64,000 nt of DNA from Longimicrobiales bacterium (GCA_965116905.1 OZ220732.1:576001-640000); one strand, 5' to 3'. Positions 9,711 to 19,949 are shown, counted from the first letter of the stretch. The notes: generated by a model from the letters alone, not told the origin. A program made the numbers and translations.

Positions 9711-10928
9711 ATGCCCCGTGTCGCAACCGTCCTGTGCCTCCTGGCAATCCTCCCGGCGTGTGAAGACGCACCCGTCGGCAACGTCACGGGCGCCCCGATC
9801 GAGCTGGGCGAAACGGCCATTGAGATACTCGGGAGCTCCGACTCCCTGGTCGTTGCCCGGGACCTCGAGATTGCGGACGACGGATCCGTCTGGGTGCTGA
9901 ACTCGGCCGAGCCCCTTTTCGTGGGATTCGGACCGGATGGCGAGCCGCTTGGCTCTCATGGACAATCAGGCAGAGGACCCCGCGACTTCCCCATGCCCGC
10001 AGGATTCGTTGCGGGGGGATGGCGGGGGGACGTCTGGGCCCTCGACCTCGTGCGTCACGCGATGGTCCGGATCTCGCACCCAGACGCCGACTGGGAGGAG
10101 ATTTCGTTGCAGTCGGCTTCCCTCCTTCCCGGCACCGTGCGGGGCGGCAGGAGCATGCTGGGCGGCTCGGTGCGAACCGCGAGACTCGGCCGTGAGGTCA
10201 TCGTGCCCCGCACGAGCGCGACGCTGGAGGGCGGCGTCCTGAACTACCGGTTCGCGGTCATGCGGCCCGACTTCGTCGCCTTTGATCCGGAAACCCGCGA
10301 GAGCCGAAGCCTCGTGGCGCTCGCCGACGTGCTGGAGGACCCTTCGAGCACCTTCGATCCCATCGAGGGGGGGTTCGGTTTCCCGCTGTGGTATCGGCTG
10401 TGGGCTTCCTGTGGCGATAGCGTTGTGAGGGTTTACGATCGGGTGACGAATCAACTCCGTGGTTTCGACGGGTCGGGTGCCGAATTGCCACCTATCATCC
10501 TGCCGCCGGTGCCCTTCAACGAAGTCACGGCTCGGCAGTTCGCGGGAGCGGTCTTCGCGATCCGGCAAGCCGAGCTGACGGGAGACGTGTGGAGCCGGCT
10601 CAGCCCGGAGGACAGCGTCCGGGTGATGAACCAGATGGTCCGGTCGGTCAACGGAAGGCCGAGTGAGCTCGCCAGCTACCTGCCTCGCTACGTGGACTTC
10701 CGCTGCGGCGCGGACGGGACGATGTGGCTGAATCCGGTCGATCTGGATGCCGGGGGCCTCAAGGGGGCTACGACGTGGCTACGAATCGCGTCCGACGGGA
10801 ACATCCGCGAGGTGCGTCTGCCCGAGCGGTTCGATGCCTTCCGCTTCTCGGAATCGCGCGTCTGGGGCGTGTACAGGGACGAATTGGACGTGCCCTCGGT
10901 CGCGTCGATCCGGCTGCCCATCAACTGA
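9711..10928 (+). CDS. 6-bladed beta-propeller (NHL-like) lipoprotein
   Basis: Lipobox LPAC; HGQSGRGPRDF motif; C-terminal WGVYRDELDVPSV. Start may be 9702. Confidence 0.8.
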   Translation: MPRVATVLCLLAILPACEDAPVGNVTGAPIELGETAIEILGSSDSLVVARDLEIADDGSVWVLNSAEPLFVGFGPDGEPLGSHGQSGRGPRDFPMPAGFVAGGWRGDVWALDLVRHAMVRISHPDADWEEISLQSASLLPGTVRGGRSMLGGSVRTARLGREVIVPRTSATLEGGVLNYRFAVMRPDFVAFDPETRESRSLVALADVLEDPSSTFDPIEGGFGFPLWYRLWASCGDSVVRVYDRVTNQLRGFDGSGAELPPIILPPVPFNEVTARQFAGAVFAIRQAELTGDVWSRLSPEDSVRVMNQMVRSVNGRPSELASYLPRYVDFRCGADGTMWLNPVDLDAGGLKGATTWLRIASDGNIREVRLPERFDAFRFSESRVWGVYRDELDVPSVASIRLPIN

Positions 10929-13900
10929 TCGTGCGACGCCAGTTCGTAATGATCTTCGGGGCATCCTCCAGGAGTTCATTGAGGTCTGCGATCACGCCGT
11001 TCACGATGCCGGACAGCTCCTGCGCCCGCTGAGCGGCCCCGGCCTCGATCTCCGTGAGCACCTCCATTTGCCCGACGGTCGGGCGCGCCTGCGGGCCCGA
11101 CACCGCGCGGGAGATGTTCCGAAGCTGCTCGATCAGACGCGGCCAGTCGCGGTAGCTCATCGAACCCGGCGGACGGCGAACCTCGCTGGACACGGCCGTT
11201 AACTGCCCCTGCGCGTCCCCTGCCACGGCCTTCACCTGCTCCTCGTTGGCCAGGTCCTTGCCTTCGATGGACTCGAGAAGCCCGTCGATCTGGCCATCCA
11301 GGTCGAGGATCGTGCCCATCATCTGGTTGAGCTGCGTCTCGAGGTCACGCGCACGCATGGCCGCGGCGAAGCGATCCGCGTACACGGCCTGCGACGCCGC
11401 CACGTTCGGATCGCCGCGGAGCTGAAAGTCCTTCGACAGCTCCCGGTCACCCAGATCGACCGTCGCCGTGTACGTGCCTGGCACGGCGGGCGGACCCGTA
11501 GAACCGAAGAAGAAGAAAAAGAACCCGCCGCCCGGTGGACCCTCTCCCGGGATCGGCTCCGCGCCGGTCCAGCGGAGGTCCCAGATCGCGCGGTTCACTC
11601 CCGGCTTGACGTCGCGGTGCTGGAATTCGCGCACGAGCACGCCGTCGCTGTCGGTGATGCGCACGTCGACGGAGTTGCCCGCGGCCTCGGCAGCATCCTC
11701 CGAGAGATGGAAGTGGATCCAGGCGCCGGGATCGGGGTTCTCGCCGGCGAAGCGGCTCTGGCCGAAGTTGCTGGTGCGGCCCCACATCTCCCACTCGGTC
11801 GCCATGCGGATGTCGAAGAGATGGGCGTCCTGGCCCATCGCCTCGGTCAGCTCGACCATGGGCTGGATGTCGTCCAGGATGAAGGCGCCGCGGCCGTGGG
11901 TTCCGATGACGAGGTCGTTGTACTGGCGCTGGATCTTCACCCCCCGAACCGACACGCGCGGAAGGTTGCCGCGGATGTCCACCCACGTGTCGCCACGGTC
12001 CCACGAGGCGAAGATGCCCCGCTCCATGCCGACGAACAGCAGGTTGGGGTTCGCGGGGTGCTGCCGGACGACCTTGACGTAGTCGTCCTGCGGGAGCCCG
12101 GCGGAGATGTCGCGCCACGACTGTCCGTAGTCGCGCGTCTCGTACAGGTGCGGGGTGAAGTCGTCGAGGCGGTGGTTGTCGACGGCCATGTACGCGGCCC
12201 CGGCATCCGTGGGCGACGCCTCGATGTTGCCGATCCAGGTCTCGGCCGGCAGGCCCGGCACGCGGTCGCGCACGTTCGTCCACGTCGCGCCGTCGTCGCG
12301 GGTGATCTGCACGTTGCCGTCGTCCGTGCCGACCCAGATCACGCCCGGCTCGAACTCGTCCTCCGCGATGGTGAGGATCGTGGTGTGGAACTCGGCCGCG
12401 GTGTTGTCCAGGTAGATCTCGCCGCCGGAGTCGAGCTGCTTCTCCGGGTCGTCCGTGGTGAGGTCGGGGCTGATCACGTCCCACGAGTGGCCGTAGTCGT
12501 TGCTGCGGAAGACCACGTTGCCGCCCCAGTACACGGTGCCCGGGTCGTGCGGCGAGATGACGATCGGCGCGTCCCAGTTGAAGCGGTACCGCGCCTGGAA
12601 CATGCCCTGCCCCTGTGAACCGATCATGAGCGGCCACGGCTCGATCGAGCGCATCTGCCCGGAGTTGATGTCCGTAATACGGAAGTAACCGCCCTGGGCG
12701 TTCGAGTAGATCAGGTTCGGCTGACCCGGTACGGGCACGGTGTAGAAGCCGTCGCCGCCGGACACCGTGTAGAAGTACCCGGGCAGAATGCCGCGGCGAT
12801 CGTTGAGCCGGCTCGGGCCGCACCAGTTGCCGTTGTCCTGCAGCCCGCCGCACACATAGTAGGGGTCGCGGTCGTCGACGAAGATGTGGTAGTACTGCGC
12901 GAGGCTGAAGTTGCGGAAGATGTGGAAGTTGGCGCCGCCGTCGTACGACACCTGCATGCCGCCGTCCGAGCCGGAGAGCACGCGCTCGCCGTCGGTCGGA
13001 TCGATCCAGTACGCCTGGTGGTCTCCGTGCACGTCGTTGGCGATGCGCTCGAAGGTGCGGCCCCCGTCGGTCGATTTTGCCAGCGCGCCCGAGAGCGTGT
13101 AGAGCGTCTCGTGGTCGGACGGGTCGATGTAGACGTCGGAGTAGTAGAAGGGTCGGAAGTTGATCAGATTCTTGTTGTCGTTGACCATCGTCCACGTCTC
13201 GCCGTAGTCGTCGGACATGAAGAGCGTGCCGGCGGTGGGATACTCGGTGATCAGGTAGACGATGTTGGGGCGCGACTGGGCCACGCTGACGCCGATGCGG
13301 GCCATGGGCTCATCCGGCGTGGTCGTGATCTTCTTCCAGGAGACGCCGCCGTCGCGCGAGACGTAGAGCGCCGTCTCCCTGCCCCCGTCGTCGAAGCGCC
13401 ACGGCTTGCGGCGGAAGGTCCACATGCCCGCGTAGACGTTCCGGGGGTTGGTCAGGTCGATGTCCATGTCCGAGCAGCCCGTGTCCTCGTCGATGAAGAG
13501 CACGTGGTCCCATGACTGCCCGCCGTCGGTGGTGCGGAAGACGCCACGCTCCCGGTTGGGGCCCCATTCGTGGCCCATGGCGCAGACCAGCGCGACGTCG
13601 GGGTCGCGCGGATCGACGACGATGCGCTTGATTCGCTCGCTGTCGTCGAGGCCGAGGTGGGTCCAGGTGGCACCGCCGTCGGTCGAACGGTACACCCCGT
13701 CGCCATACGAGACCGAGTTGCGCGGGTCCGCCTCTCCGGCACCGAGCCAGAGGACGTTGTGGTCCGAGGGGGCGAGCGTCAGGGCCCCGACCGAGTAGGT
13801 GTTCTCGTCGTCCCACTGGTGCTCGAAGGTCACGCCGCCGTTGGTGGTCTTCCAGACGCCCCCGTTGGCAGCCCCCACCCAGAAGGTCCGCGGATCGCCC

Positions 13901-14103
13901 GGCACTCCGATGATCGCGGATACGCGGCCGCCCATGTTCACCGGACCGATGTGCCGCCACTCGATGTCGCCGAGGGCGGCCGAGATGGTTTCGGCGTCCT
14001 GGGCGTGGGCCGGAGGGGCGGCGAGCGGGGCAAGGGTGAGCGGGGCGACGAGCGCGAGGGCGAGGGTGCGCGGGAACGCGCTGCGGGACGACTTCATCTT
14101 CAT
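10921..14103 (-). CDS. Secreted VPS10/BNR-repeat (sortilin-like) glycosyl-hydrolase-like protein
   Basis: Signal peptide; WRHIGPVNMGGRV, many S.DGG.TW Asp-boxes, HGDHQ, GGLQDNG and GTHGRG motifs; RBS GGAGA. Confidence 0.9.
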   Translation of the reverse strand: MKMKSSRSAFPRTLALALVAPLTLAPLAAPPAHAQDAETISAALGDIEWRHIGPVNMGGRVSAIIGVPGDPRTFWVGAANGGVWKTTNGGVTFEHQWDDENTYSVGALTLAPSDHNVLWLGAGEADPRNSVSYGDGVYRSTDGGATWTHLGLDDSERIKRIVVDPRDPDVALVCAMGHEWGPNRERGVFRTTDGGQSWDHVLFIDEDTGCSDMDIDLTNPRNVYAGMWTFRRKPWRFDDGGRETALYVSRDGGVSWKKITTTPDEPMARIGVSVAQSRPNIVYLITEYPTAGTLFMSDDYGETWTMVNDNKNLINFRPFYYSDVYIDPSDHETLYTLSGALAKSTDGGRTFERIANDVHGDHQAYWIDPTDGERVLSGSDGGMQVSYDGGANFHIFRNFSLAQYYHIFVDDRDPYYVCGGLQDNGNWCGPSRLNDRRGILPGYFYTVSGGDGFYTVPVPGQPNLIYSNAQGGYFRITDINSGQMRSIEPWPLMIGSQGQGMFQARYRFNWDAPIVISPHDPGTVYWGGNVVFRSNDYGHSWDVISPDLTTDDPEKQLDSGGEIYLDNTAAEFHTTILTIAEDEFEPGVIWVGTDDGNVQITRDDGATWTNVRDRVPGLPAETWIGNIEASPTDAGAAYMAVDNHRLDDFTPHLYETRDYGQSWRDISAGLPQDDYVKVVRQHPANPNLLFVGMERGIFASWDRGDTWVDIRGNLPRVSVRGVKIQRQYNDLVIGTHGRGAFILDDIQPMVELTEAMGQDAHLFDIRMATEWEMWGRTSNFGQSRFAGENPDPGAWIHFHLSEDAAEAAGNSVDVRITDSDGVLVREFQHRDVKPGVNRAIWDLRWTGAEPIPGEGPPGGGFFFFFFGSTGPPAVPGTYTATVDLGDRELSKDFQLRGDPNVAASQAVYADRFAAAMRARDLETQLNQMMGTILDLDGQIDGLLESIEGKDLANEEQVKAVAGDAQGQLTAVSSEVRRPPGSMSYRDWPRLIEQLRNISRAVSGPQARPTVGQMEVLTEIEAGAAQRAQELSGIVNGVIADLNELLEDAPKIITNWRRTIS

Positions 14104-14236
14104 GTTTGGTTCTCCGGGGGTGGCTTCCAATGCCTGTCGATAAGCAGTGAGTGGCCCACCACTAATACAAGGGACCTCGTCGCGGCAAAAGCTCGGCTCG
14201 CCAAGCCACGGGGTCAGCTTGGCAGGCCACGCTCGA

Positions 14237-14253
14237 TGTGTAATCTTTACACA
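14237..14253. promoter_or_regulatory. Inverted-repeat operator candidate for the downstream TA pair
   Basis: tgtgtaa-tct-ttacaca, 28 bp upstream of the antitoxin ATG. Confidence 0.6.
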
Positions 14254-14281
14254 CTTGCCGAGACACCTGGAGGTGAACGAC

Positions 14282-14512
14282 ATGGCTCGACGGGTCAACA
14301 TCATGATGGACGATGACTCCTGGCGCATTATCGGGAGGCTGCCGCGCGGTACTCGCAGCCGGGCCGTCAACGCCGCCATCCGGGAGTGGGCGGGTGTCTC
14401 CATGAGGCGGGAAGCCTCTGCCCGGATGGACGCATTGCGCGCGCGCTTGCCGGCGGTTGACACGTGCCAGATCGTCCAATGGATTCGGGAGGAGCGGGAA
14501 CGGCGGCCGTGA
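14282..14512 (+). CDS. Antitoxin, ribbon-helix-helix-like
   Basis: GGAGGTG RBS; MARRVNIMMDDD...RSRAVNAAIREW; GTGA overlap with the PIN gene. Confidence 0.8.
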   Translation: MARRVNIMMDDDSWRIIGRLPRGTRSRAVNAAIREWAGVSMRREASARMDALRARLPAVDTCQIVQWIREERERRP

Positions 14513-14937
14513 TCGTAACGCCCGACGCATCGGTTCTTCTCAAGTGGGTTCTGCCGGGCGACGACGAGCAGGACACGGACGCGGCGCTCGCCCTGCGTGA
14601 CGAAGCGGTGAGCGGGAAGCTTGAGCTGGTCGTTCCCCAGCTCTGGATCTACGAGGTGGGAAACACGCTGGCGAGACGGTTCCCCGATGACGCCGACGAA
14701 CTTCTCGCATCGCTGGTCGACTTCGGCCTGACCGAGGCCCGACTGGACGCCGACTGGAGAACGCGGGCGGTGTCCTTGTCCGTGAGGTACGGCGTCGCGT
14801 TCTACGACGCGGGGTACCATGCCGTGGCGCTCGAGCTGGATGGTGTGTTCGTCACCGCCGACGAACGATACGTGCGCCGCGCGGCGGGCGCCGGCAGCAT
14901 CTCAACGTTGCGGGCCTGGCGAACGGATTCCTCCTAG
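14509..14937 (+). CDS. vapC: Type II TA toxin, VapC/PIN domain
   Basis: PDASVLLKW, PQLWIYEVGN, FYDAGYHAVA...FVTAD. Confidence 0.9.
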   Translation: MIVTPDASVLLKWVLPGDDEQDTDAALALRDEAVSGKLELVVPQLWIYEVGNTLARRFPDDADELLASLVDFGLTEARLDADWRTRAVSLSVRYGVAFYDAGYHAVALELDGVFVTADERYVRRAAGAGSISTLRAWRTDSS

Positions 14938-14941
14938 CGCA

Positions 14942-14982
14942 CACCCCCGGGCTCGTCCTCCACGAACCCCCGGTATCCCAGC
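14942..14982. repeat. 41-bp direct repeat, copy 1 (duplicate of the 3' end of the 16537-19944 gene)
   Basis: Matches 16551-16591 at 40/41 positions. Confidence 0.95.
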
Positions 14983-15087
14983 CACAGGCCATAGACCCTC
15001 TGACCTCGCCGAAGGTTCAGAACCGGACACACTATGTGCTAGAAAACCGGACAGATAAAGTGCTCTCAACAAACCGCCGTAACGTGG

Positions 15088-15116
15088 TTGACTAAGGTCC
15101 CTGGTCCTCCTAGGGT
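15088..15116 (+). promoter_or_regulatory. Sigma70-like promoter candidate for the peptide-propeller cassette
   Basis: TTGACT-17 nt-TAGGGT upstream of the 15183 ORF. Confidence 0.5.
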
Positions 15117-15182
15117 TCAGCCCGCTGGTCGGAGGACCCCCCTCTCGCCACGATTACTCGACTCCCACAGTGAGGAGAATCA

Positions 15183-15380
15183 ATGTCGCGCTTCAACCGT
15201 GTTGCCCTGACCCGCTCCCTCGTAATAGCGATAGCCGTAGTCTTCGCTCCCCTCCTCGCGGCCCAGACCACAACGCCGTGTTTCGACGAGTGCCATGCAG
15301 CCGCAATGGACCGTTACAACGAAGGCATGCCGCTCTTCATGAACGACGCGATTTTCAAGCTGTGCCTCGACCTTTGCTAA
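15183..15380 (+). CDS. Small secreted Cys-rich peptide (CX3C-X23-CX3C)
   Basis: GAGGAG RBS; ~27-aa signal peptide ending LAA|Q; 38-aa mature region with four Cys. Confidence 0.75.
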   Translation: MSRFNRVALTRSLVIAIAVVFAPLLAAQTTTPCFDECHAAAMDRYNEGMPLFMNDAIFKLCLDLC

Positions 15381-15415
15381 CACTGCACCCTGGCGGCAAG
15401 CATCCACTTTCAACT

Positions 15416-16438
15416 GTGGCGGCCGTCTCCGTGGCGGTCGCTGCAGTTGCGTGTGACTCCGGGACGGTCACCACTCCAGCCGTCCCCCTCGCTTCTATCG
15501 CCTCCGTGTCCGCACCGTTTAGCGTTGACACGCGCATCGTGCTAGTGGATGAAGACCTCGTATGCGTGAACAACTCCTTCGAGATGCGAGTCCGGTGTGT
15601 TGACCAGCGCGGCGACCTGGTCGGTGTATTCGGTCGCAGGGGAGAGGGCCCAGGGGAGTTCGAACTGCCACCGAGTCTTGTGCGCGGACCCGACGGCACG
15701 GTTGGCGCCATCTCCATCAACCGGCTTGCCATCTTCACCCCCGGTGGGGATCTGGTTGATGAGATAACCTTACCCGTAGGCTTTCCCCTTCCGGCCGCAA
15801 AGTCGTTTGATACGACTCTTCTGGCCAACTACTACCTGGGCGGGGCCAATATGACCTTGGTAGAGATCGACCTCTCATCCGCCACCGTGCTGTGGGAACG
15901 CCAGGACATCGCCCACATCGCCGCGACCGAGTGCGGCAGCGTTGCACTGGGAGTCGCTTCTCCCTCCGGAGGCTGGACGTTCCCCGCGTGTCAGCGTGAA
16001 CTCGCATTCCTCGACGATCGTGACGCATCCACCGCTACCGCCATCCTGTCTCCAACCTATGCCGAAGAGTTTCCCAACGAACGCGATATCGCGGAGATGC
16101 AAGCCCAGACCCAGCCCTTTGCCTTTCGAGCGGATTTGGACGTGTACAGGGAGACCCCGAAGCGCAATCACCTCAGGGTCGGGTCCCTTGCGTACGACGA
16201 TGAAGGCCGTCTTTGGGTAGCCACGGAACGAGACCGTTCCCGGTTCTCCTATTTCGACCTCTATGTCGGCACCGAGCACGTCGGCTCGGTGCGGATCAAG
16301 GATCGCCTTCTGGGCTACGACCTCTATGGTTCCACCCTGGCTGCCCTGGTCGAGCGCGACCCCGACACCGACGGAATAGGACGCCGTGCCGTGGACTGGT
16401 ACGATATTGGGCCTCTGGATTTCGGTGTGGGACAATAG
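15416..16438 (+). CDS. 6-bladed beta-propeller (NHL-like) lipoprotein
   Basis: Lipobox AVAC; FGRRGEGPGEF; DDEGRLWVAT. Exact start uncertain. Confidence 0.8.
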   Translation: MAAVSVAVAAVACDSGTVTTPAVPLASIASVSAPFSVDTRIVLVDEDLVCVNNSFEMRVRCVDQRGDLVGVFGRRGEGPGEFELPPSLVRGPDGTVGAISINRLAIFTPGGDLVDEITLPVGFPLPAAKSFDTTLLANYYLGGANMTLVEIDLSSATVLWERQDIAHIAATECGSVALGVASPSGGWTFPACQRELAFLDDRDASTATAILSPTYAEEFPNERDIAEMQAQTQPFAFRADLDVYRETPKRNHLRVGSLAYDDEGRLWVATERDRSRFSYFDLYVGTEHVGSVRIKDRLLGYDLYGSTLAALVERDPDTDGIGRRAVDWYDIGPLDFGVGQ

Positions 16439-16536
16439 CTCGAGCACGAACATTTTTTCGCTCAAATAGCTTCCCTCGAAGTCGCCCGCTGCTTCCCAAG
16501 GTCTAGAGCCTGACCCGGCAGACGGCCTCGGTCAGC

Positions 16537-19500
16537 CTACCGATTCTCGCCACCCCCGGGCTCGTCCTCCACGAACCCGCGGTATCCCAGCGCCCGCTGC
16601 CGCGGCCAGACCTCGTCGAGGGTCTCCGCGTCGAACAGCCTCCCGTTGATCATCACCTGCTCGACCAATTCGGTATTCCGGAGATCGTCGAGGGGGTTGC
16701 GCGACAGGATGGCCAGGTCGGCCAGCTTGCCGGGCTCGATCGAGCCGAGTTCGGTCTCGAGGCCGATGCCGTTGGCGCCGAAGATCGTGGCGGACTTGAG
16801 CGCGTCGTGGTTCGACATGCCGCCCGAGGCGACCATCCACAGCTCCCAGTGGAACCCGAGGCCCTGGAGCTGGCCGTGGCTGCCGACCCCAGCGAAGCCG
16901 CCGTCAGCGACCACATCGGCCAGGAAGCGGGCGTGGTCTTCGAAGACGTACTCCTCGTCGATCGCCCACGCGACCGAACCCGCCGCGCCGGCGCGCCGCC
17001 GGGTGCGGGAGTCGAGGGTCTCGCGGGGTGTGAATCGCACCAGGCGCTCGTTGCCGAGCACGTCCTCGGTCGTGAACCAGTAGATCTCGCCCATGGGGCC
17101 GCCGAAGGAGACGATCAGCGTCGGCGTGTTCAGGACCTTTGTCGCCGAAAAGAGGCGGACGACATCGTGATAGAGGGGGTAGATGGGGACGTTGTGTTCG
17201 ATCCCGGGATAGCCGTCCATTGCGTGCGTCAGGTCGGCCTGATAGTCGAGTCCGGCCTCGGTCGTCGGCATGAGCTCGAGTTCGCGCGCCGCCATGACGA
17301 GCCACTGTCGCTGCTGGCGGTTCCCCGAGAGGTACATCTTGAACGTCTTGGTGTCGTAGTAGTCCGAGTAGCGCCTGAGGACATTGCGCGCGTGGTCGAG
17401 GTCGCGGATGCCCTCCAGCGCCTGGTAGTTGCCGAAGACCCCCGGGCCGGTGGAGAAGATGCGCGGTCCCAGGATGTCGCCTGACCGCACCCGGTCGGCG
17501 TAGGTGAGGACGTCCGAGACGCCGGTCTGGGGGTCGCGTGTGGTCGTGACGCCGAACGCCAGGTTGGCGAGGTAGCCCCACGGCTGCGTGGTGTGGACGC
17601 CGGCCGGCGGACGCAGGTGGGCGTGCGTGTCGACGAAGCCGGGCGTGATGGTCATGCCGGAGACGTCGCGGACCTCGGCGCCGTCGGGGACGGAGAGCGT
17701 GCCGGATGGGCCCACCGCGGCGATGCGGTGGCCGTCGATGAGGATGTCTCCCCGTTCGATGACGTCGTCCCCGCGCATCGTGATGACGCGTGCGCCGGAG
17801 AGCAGGAGCGTCCCGGTGGGCAGGTCGCGGGGGACGTCGAGGGCGACGCGGACTTCGGTGGGCTGGTAGCGGGGGTTGGAGGAGGAGGACGCGGCTGGAT
17901 CGTCGGTCGCCGCAGGGTCGGCGGCGTCCGCAGGGTCGGCCTCGTCGGACTCCGCAGCCTCCGCAGCCTCGACGCTGTCCGCGAATGCCTCCGCGTCGGC
18001 CAGGTTGTAGCGGAAGTACGCGTTCCCGAGTGCCCAAACCGCCTCGGTGCCGTCGCTGCTCCAAGACTGGAACTCGCCGCCGGACTCGGTGATGCGGGTG
18101 ACCGGGACCGCTGCGCCGGAGGGACTCCGGACCGAGACTGTCGGGGCCTCGGCGCCCACCTGTGGGACGGTCACGAGGTAGAGGTCGTTGCCCACCTTGG
18201 CCAGCGCCCGCCCCCCGGCGGGTGACACCCGAATCGAGGAGGCGTTGGCCGGGGGACCGCTACGGTTGGCCGAGAAGCCGGTGACCTTGAGGTGTTCCTT
18301 CTCGTCGGTGCCGTCCCAGCGGATCGAGACCAGGCCGCGCGTGCCCGCGTGCAGGTAGATGCGGTCGGGTTGGTCGGTGCGGAAGTGCGGCTGGGAGCGT
18401 CCCAGCGCCTCCGCCACGATTGTCGCCGCGGCGGGGGCGCCGCTGCCCGCCCCGTACCAGACGATGTCGGCCTGGCCACCGCCGCCGGCACCTTGCAGAC
18501 GTGCGCGCACCGGTCGCTGCAGCGCCACGATGCGGTCGCCGTCTGGAGACCAGGCGGGGGATTGCAGATAGCGGGCCGCGTCCGACACGCGCCGGGCGCC
18601 GTCGCCATTCGCAGGGATCTCCCAGAGATGGCCACCGTCCGGCTCACGCCAGCTCACCGCCGCCAATGTCTCGCCGTCGGGCGACCACGCGGGATGGAAC
18701 ACGGCACCGTCGACCTCCGCGCCGATCCGGCGCGGGACACCTCCACCTGCTTCCATCACATACAGCTGGCCAAGCGCGGTGAAGGCGACCGTGCCGCCGT
18801 CCGGCGACAGGGCGACCTCGCGGATCTGGCGCGCGCGGAAGGTGGGCGTGTCCTCGACCGGGTAGTCGAAGTCGAGGCGGGGGCCCGCGTGGATGACCAC
18901 GTCGGCCGTGAAGGGGATCTCGGTGGGCTCGTTCGCGTCCGTCTCGCCGGCGTTTGTCTCACCGGCATCCAGCGGCACGCGCCACAGGCGGCCGCCGTAC
19001 GAGGCGATCAGCGCGGTGCCATCGGGCGTGAAGGCGTAGCCGGGGAGGAGGTCGAGGGTCGCGCGGCTCTCCATGTCGTCGCGCTGCACGGGGTAGACGA
19101 GCCAGCGTTCGTTGCCGGTGGCGAGGTCGCGGGCGCGGAGACCCGTGGCATCCTCGTGGCGGGAACCGTAGACCAGCGTGGCGCCGTCGGGGGATACGGC
19201 CGGGCGGAACCCGGAACCGTAGCGGCCGGTGACCGTAGGGCTGCGGCCTGTCTCGCGGTCATAGCGGACGAGCTGGTACTTCGGGAAGGCCGCGTCGTAG
19301 GTCCAGTCGCGCGTCCCCTGCGCGAGGTAGATGTAGCGGCCTGTGGGATCGAAGGCGGCCCCGATGGCCTTGAGCTGTTCGGGCTCGTCGATCAGGGCGA
19401 TCCCGCTGCCCCCGTCGCGGTGGAAGAGCCACGGCTTCGCGGCGCCGCCGAGCGGGCTGAAGGTGCGGGACGCGACGAGGTACTGCCCGTCCGGGGACCA

Positions 19501-19944
19501 CTCGGGCGAAGTGTAGAGGTTGTCGTTGCCGCGGGTAATCTGGGTCGTGTCGGAGCCGTCGGTGCTCAGGACCCAGAGGTTCTGGCCGCCGCTCCTGTCC
19601 GAGACGAAGACGATTTCGCTTCCGTCGGGGCTGAAGCGCGGCTGGCTCTCGAAGGCGGGGCCGGTGAGGAGCGGGGTGGCGGCGCCGCCGTCGACGGGGA
19701 GCGTGTAGAGGTCGCCGAGCAAGTCGAAGACGAGGGTGGCGCCGTCCGGGCTGATGTCGACGGAGATCCAGGAGCCCTCGCTGGTGGTGAACCGGATCTC
19801 GCGGGTGGGCTCGAGGGGGAGGGAGGCGGTGGCGAGGGAGTCGGCCTGCGCCGCGGTGCCGGCGGACTCCTGGGCGTGGGCGGGCGCCGCCGGGAGGGAC
19901 GCGATAAATGCGATGGCGACGAAGGTGAGGACGAGGCTCTTCAT
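16537..19944 (-). CDS. Secreted amidohydrolase with N-terminal TolB/PD40 beta-propellers
   Basis: Signal peptide; EGSWISVDISPDG and repeated SPDG motifs; PGFVDTHAH, GSHGQLQG, GSIEPGKLAD. Confidence 0.9.
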   Translation of the reverse strand: MKSLVLTFVAIAFIASLPAAPAHAQESAGTAAQADSLATASLPLEPTREIRFTTSEGSWISVDISPDGATLVFDLLGDLYTLPVDGGAATPLLTGPAFESQPRFSPDGSEIVFVSDRSGGQNLWVLSTDGSDTTQITRGNDNLYTSPEWSPDGQYLVASRTFSPLGGAAKPWLFHRDGGSGIALIDEPEQLKAIGAAFDPTGRYIYLAQGTRDWTYDAAFPKYQLVRYDRETGRSPTVTGRYGSGFRPAVSPDGATLVYGSRHEDATGLRARDLATGNERWLVYPVQRDDMESRATLDLLPGYAFTPDGTALIASYGGRLWRVPLDAGETNAGETDANEPTEIPFTADVVIHAGPRLDFDYPVEDTPTFRARQIREVALSPDGGTVAFTALGQLYVMEAGGGVPRRIGAEVDGAVFHPAWSPDGETLAAVSWREPDGGHLWEIPANGDGARRVSDAARYLQSPAWSPDGDRIVALQRPVRARLQGAGGGGQADIVWYGAGSGAPAAATIVAEALGRSQPHFRTDQPDRIYLHAGTRGLVSIRWDGTDEKEHLKVTGFSANRSGPPANASSIRVSPAGGRALAKVGNDLYLVTVPQVGAEAPTVSVRSPSGAAVPVTRITESGGEFQSWSSDGTEAVWALGNAYFRYNLADAEAFADSVEAAEAAESDEADPADAADPAATDDPAASSSSNPRYQPTEVRVALDVPRDLPTGTLLLSGARVITMRGDDVIERGDILIDGHRIAAVGPSGTLSVPDGAEVRDVSGMTITPGFVDTHAHLRPPAGVHTTQPWGYLANLAFGVTTTRDPQTGVSDVLTYADRVRSGDILGPRIFSTGPGVFGNYQALEGIRDLDHARNVLRRYSDYYDTKTFKMYLSGNRQQRQWLVMAARELELMPTTEAGLDYQADLTHAMDGYPGIEHNVPIYPLYHDVVRLFSATKVLNTPTLIVSFGGPMGEIYWFTTEDVLGNERLVRFTPRETLDSRTRRRAGAAGSVAWAIDEEYVFEDHARFLADVVADGGFAGVGSHGQLQGLGFHWELWMVASGGMSNHDALKSATIFGANGIGLETELGSIEPGKLADLAILSRNPLDDLRNTELVEQVMINGRLFDAETLDEVWPRQRALGYRGFVEDEPGGGENR
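16551..16591. repeat. 41-bp direct repeat, copy 2 (within the last codons of the amidohydrolase gene)
   Basis: Matches 14942-14982. Confidence 0.95.
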
Positions 19945-19949
19945 TTCGG

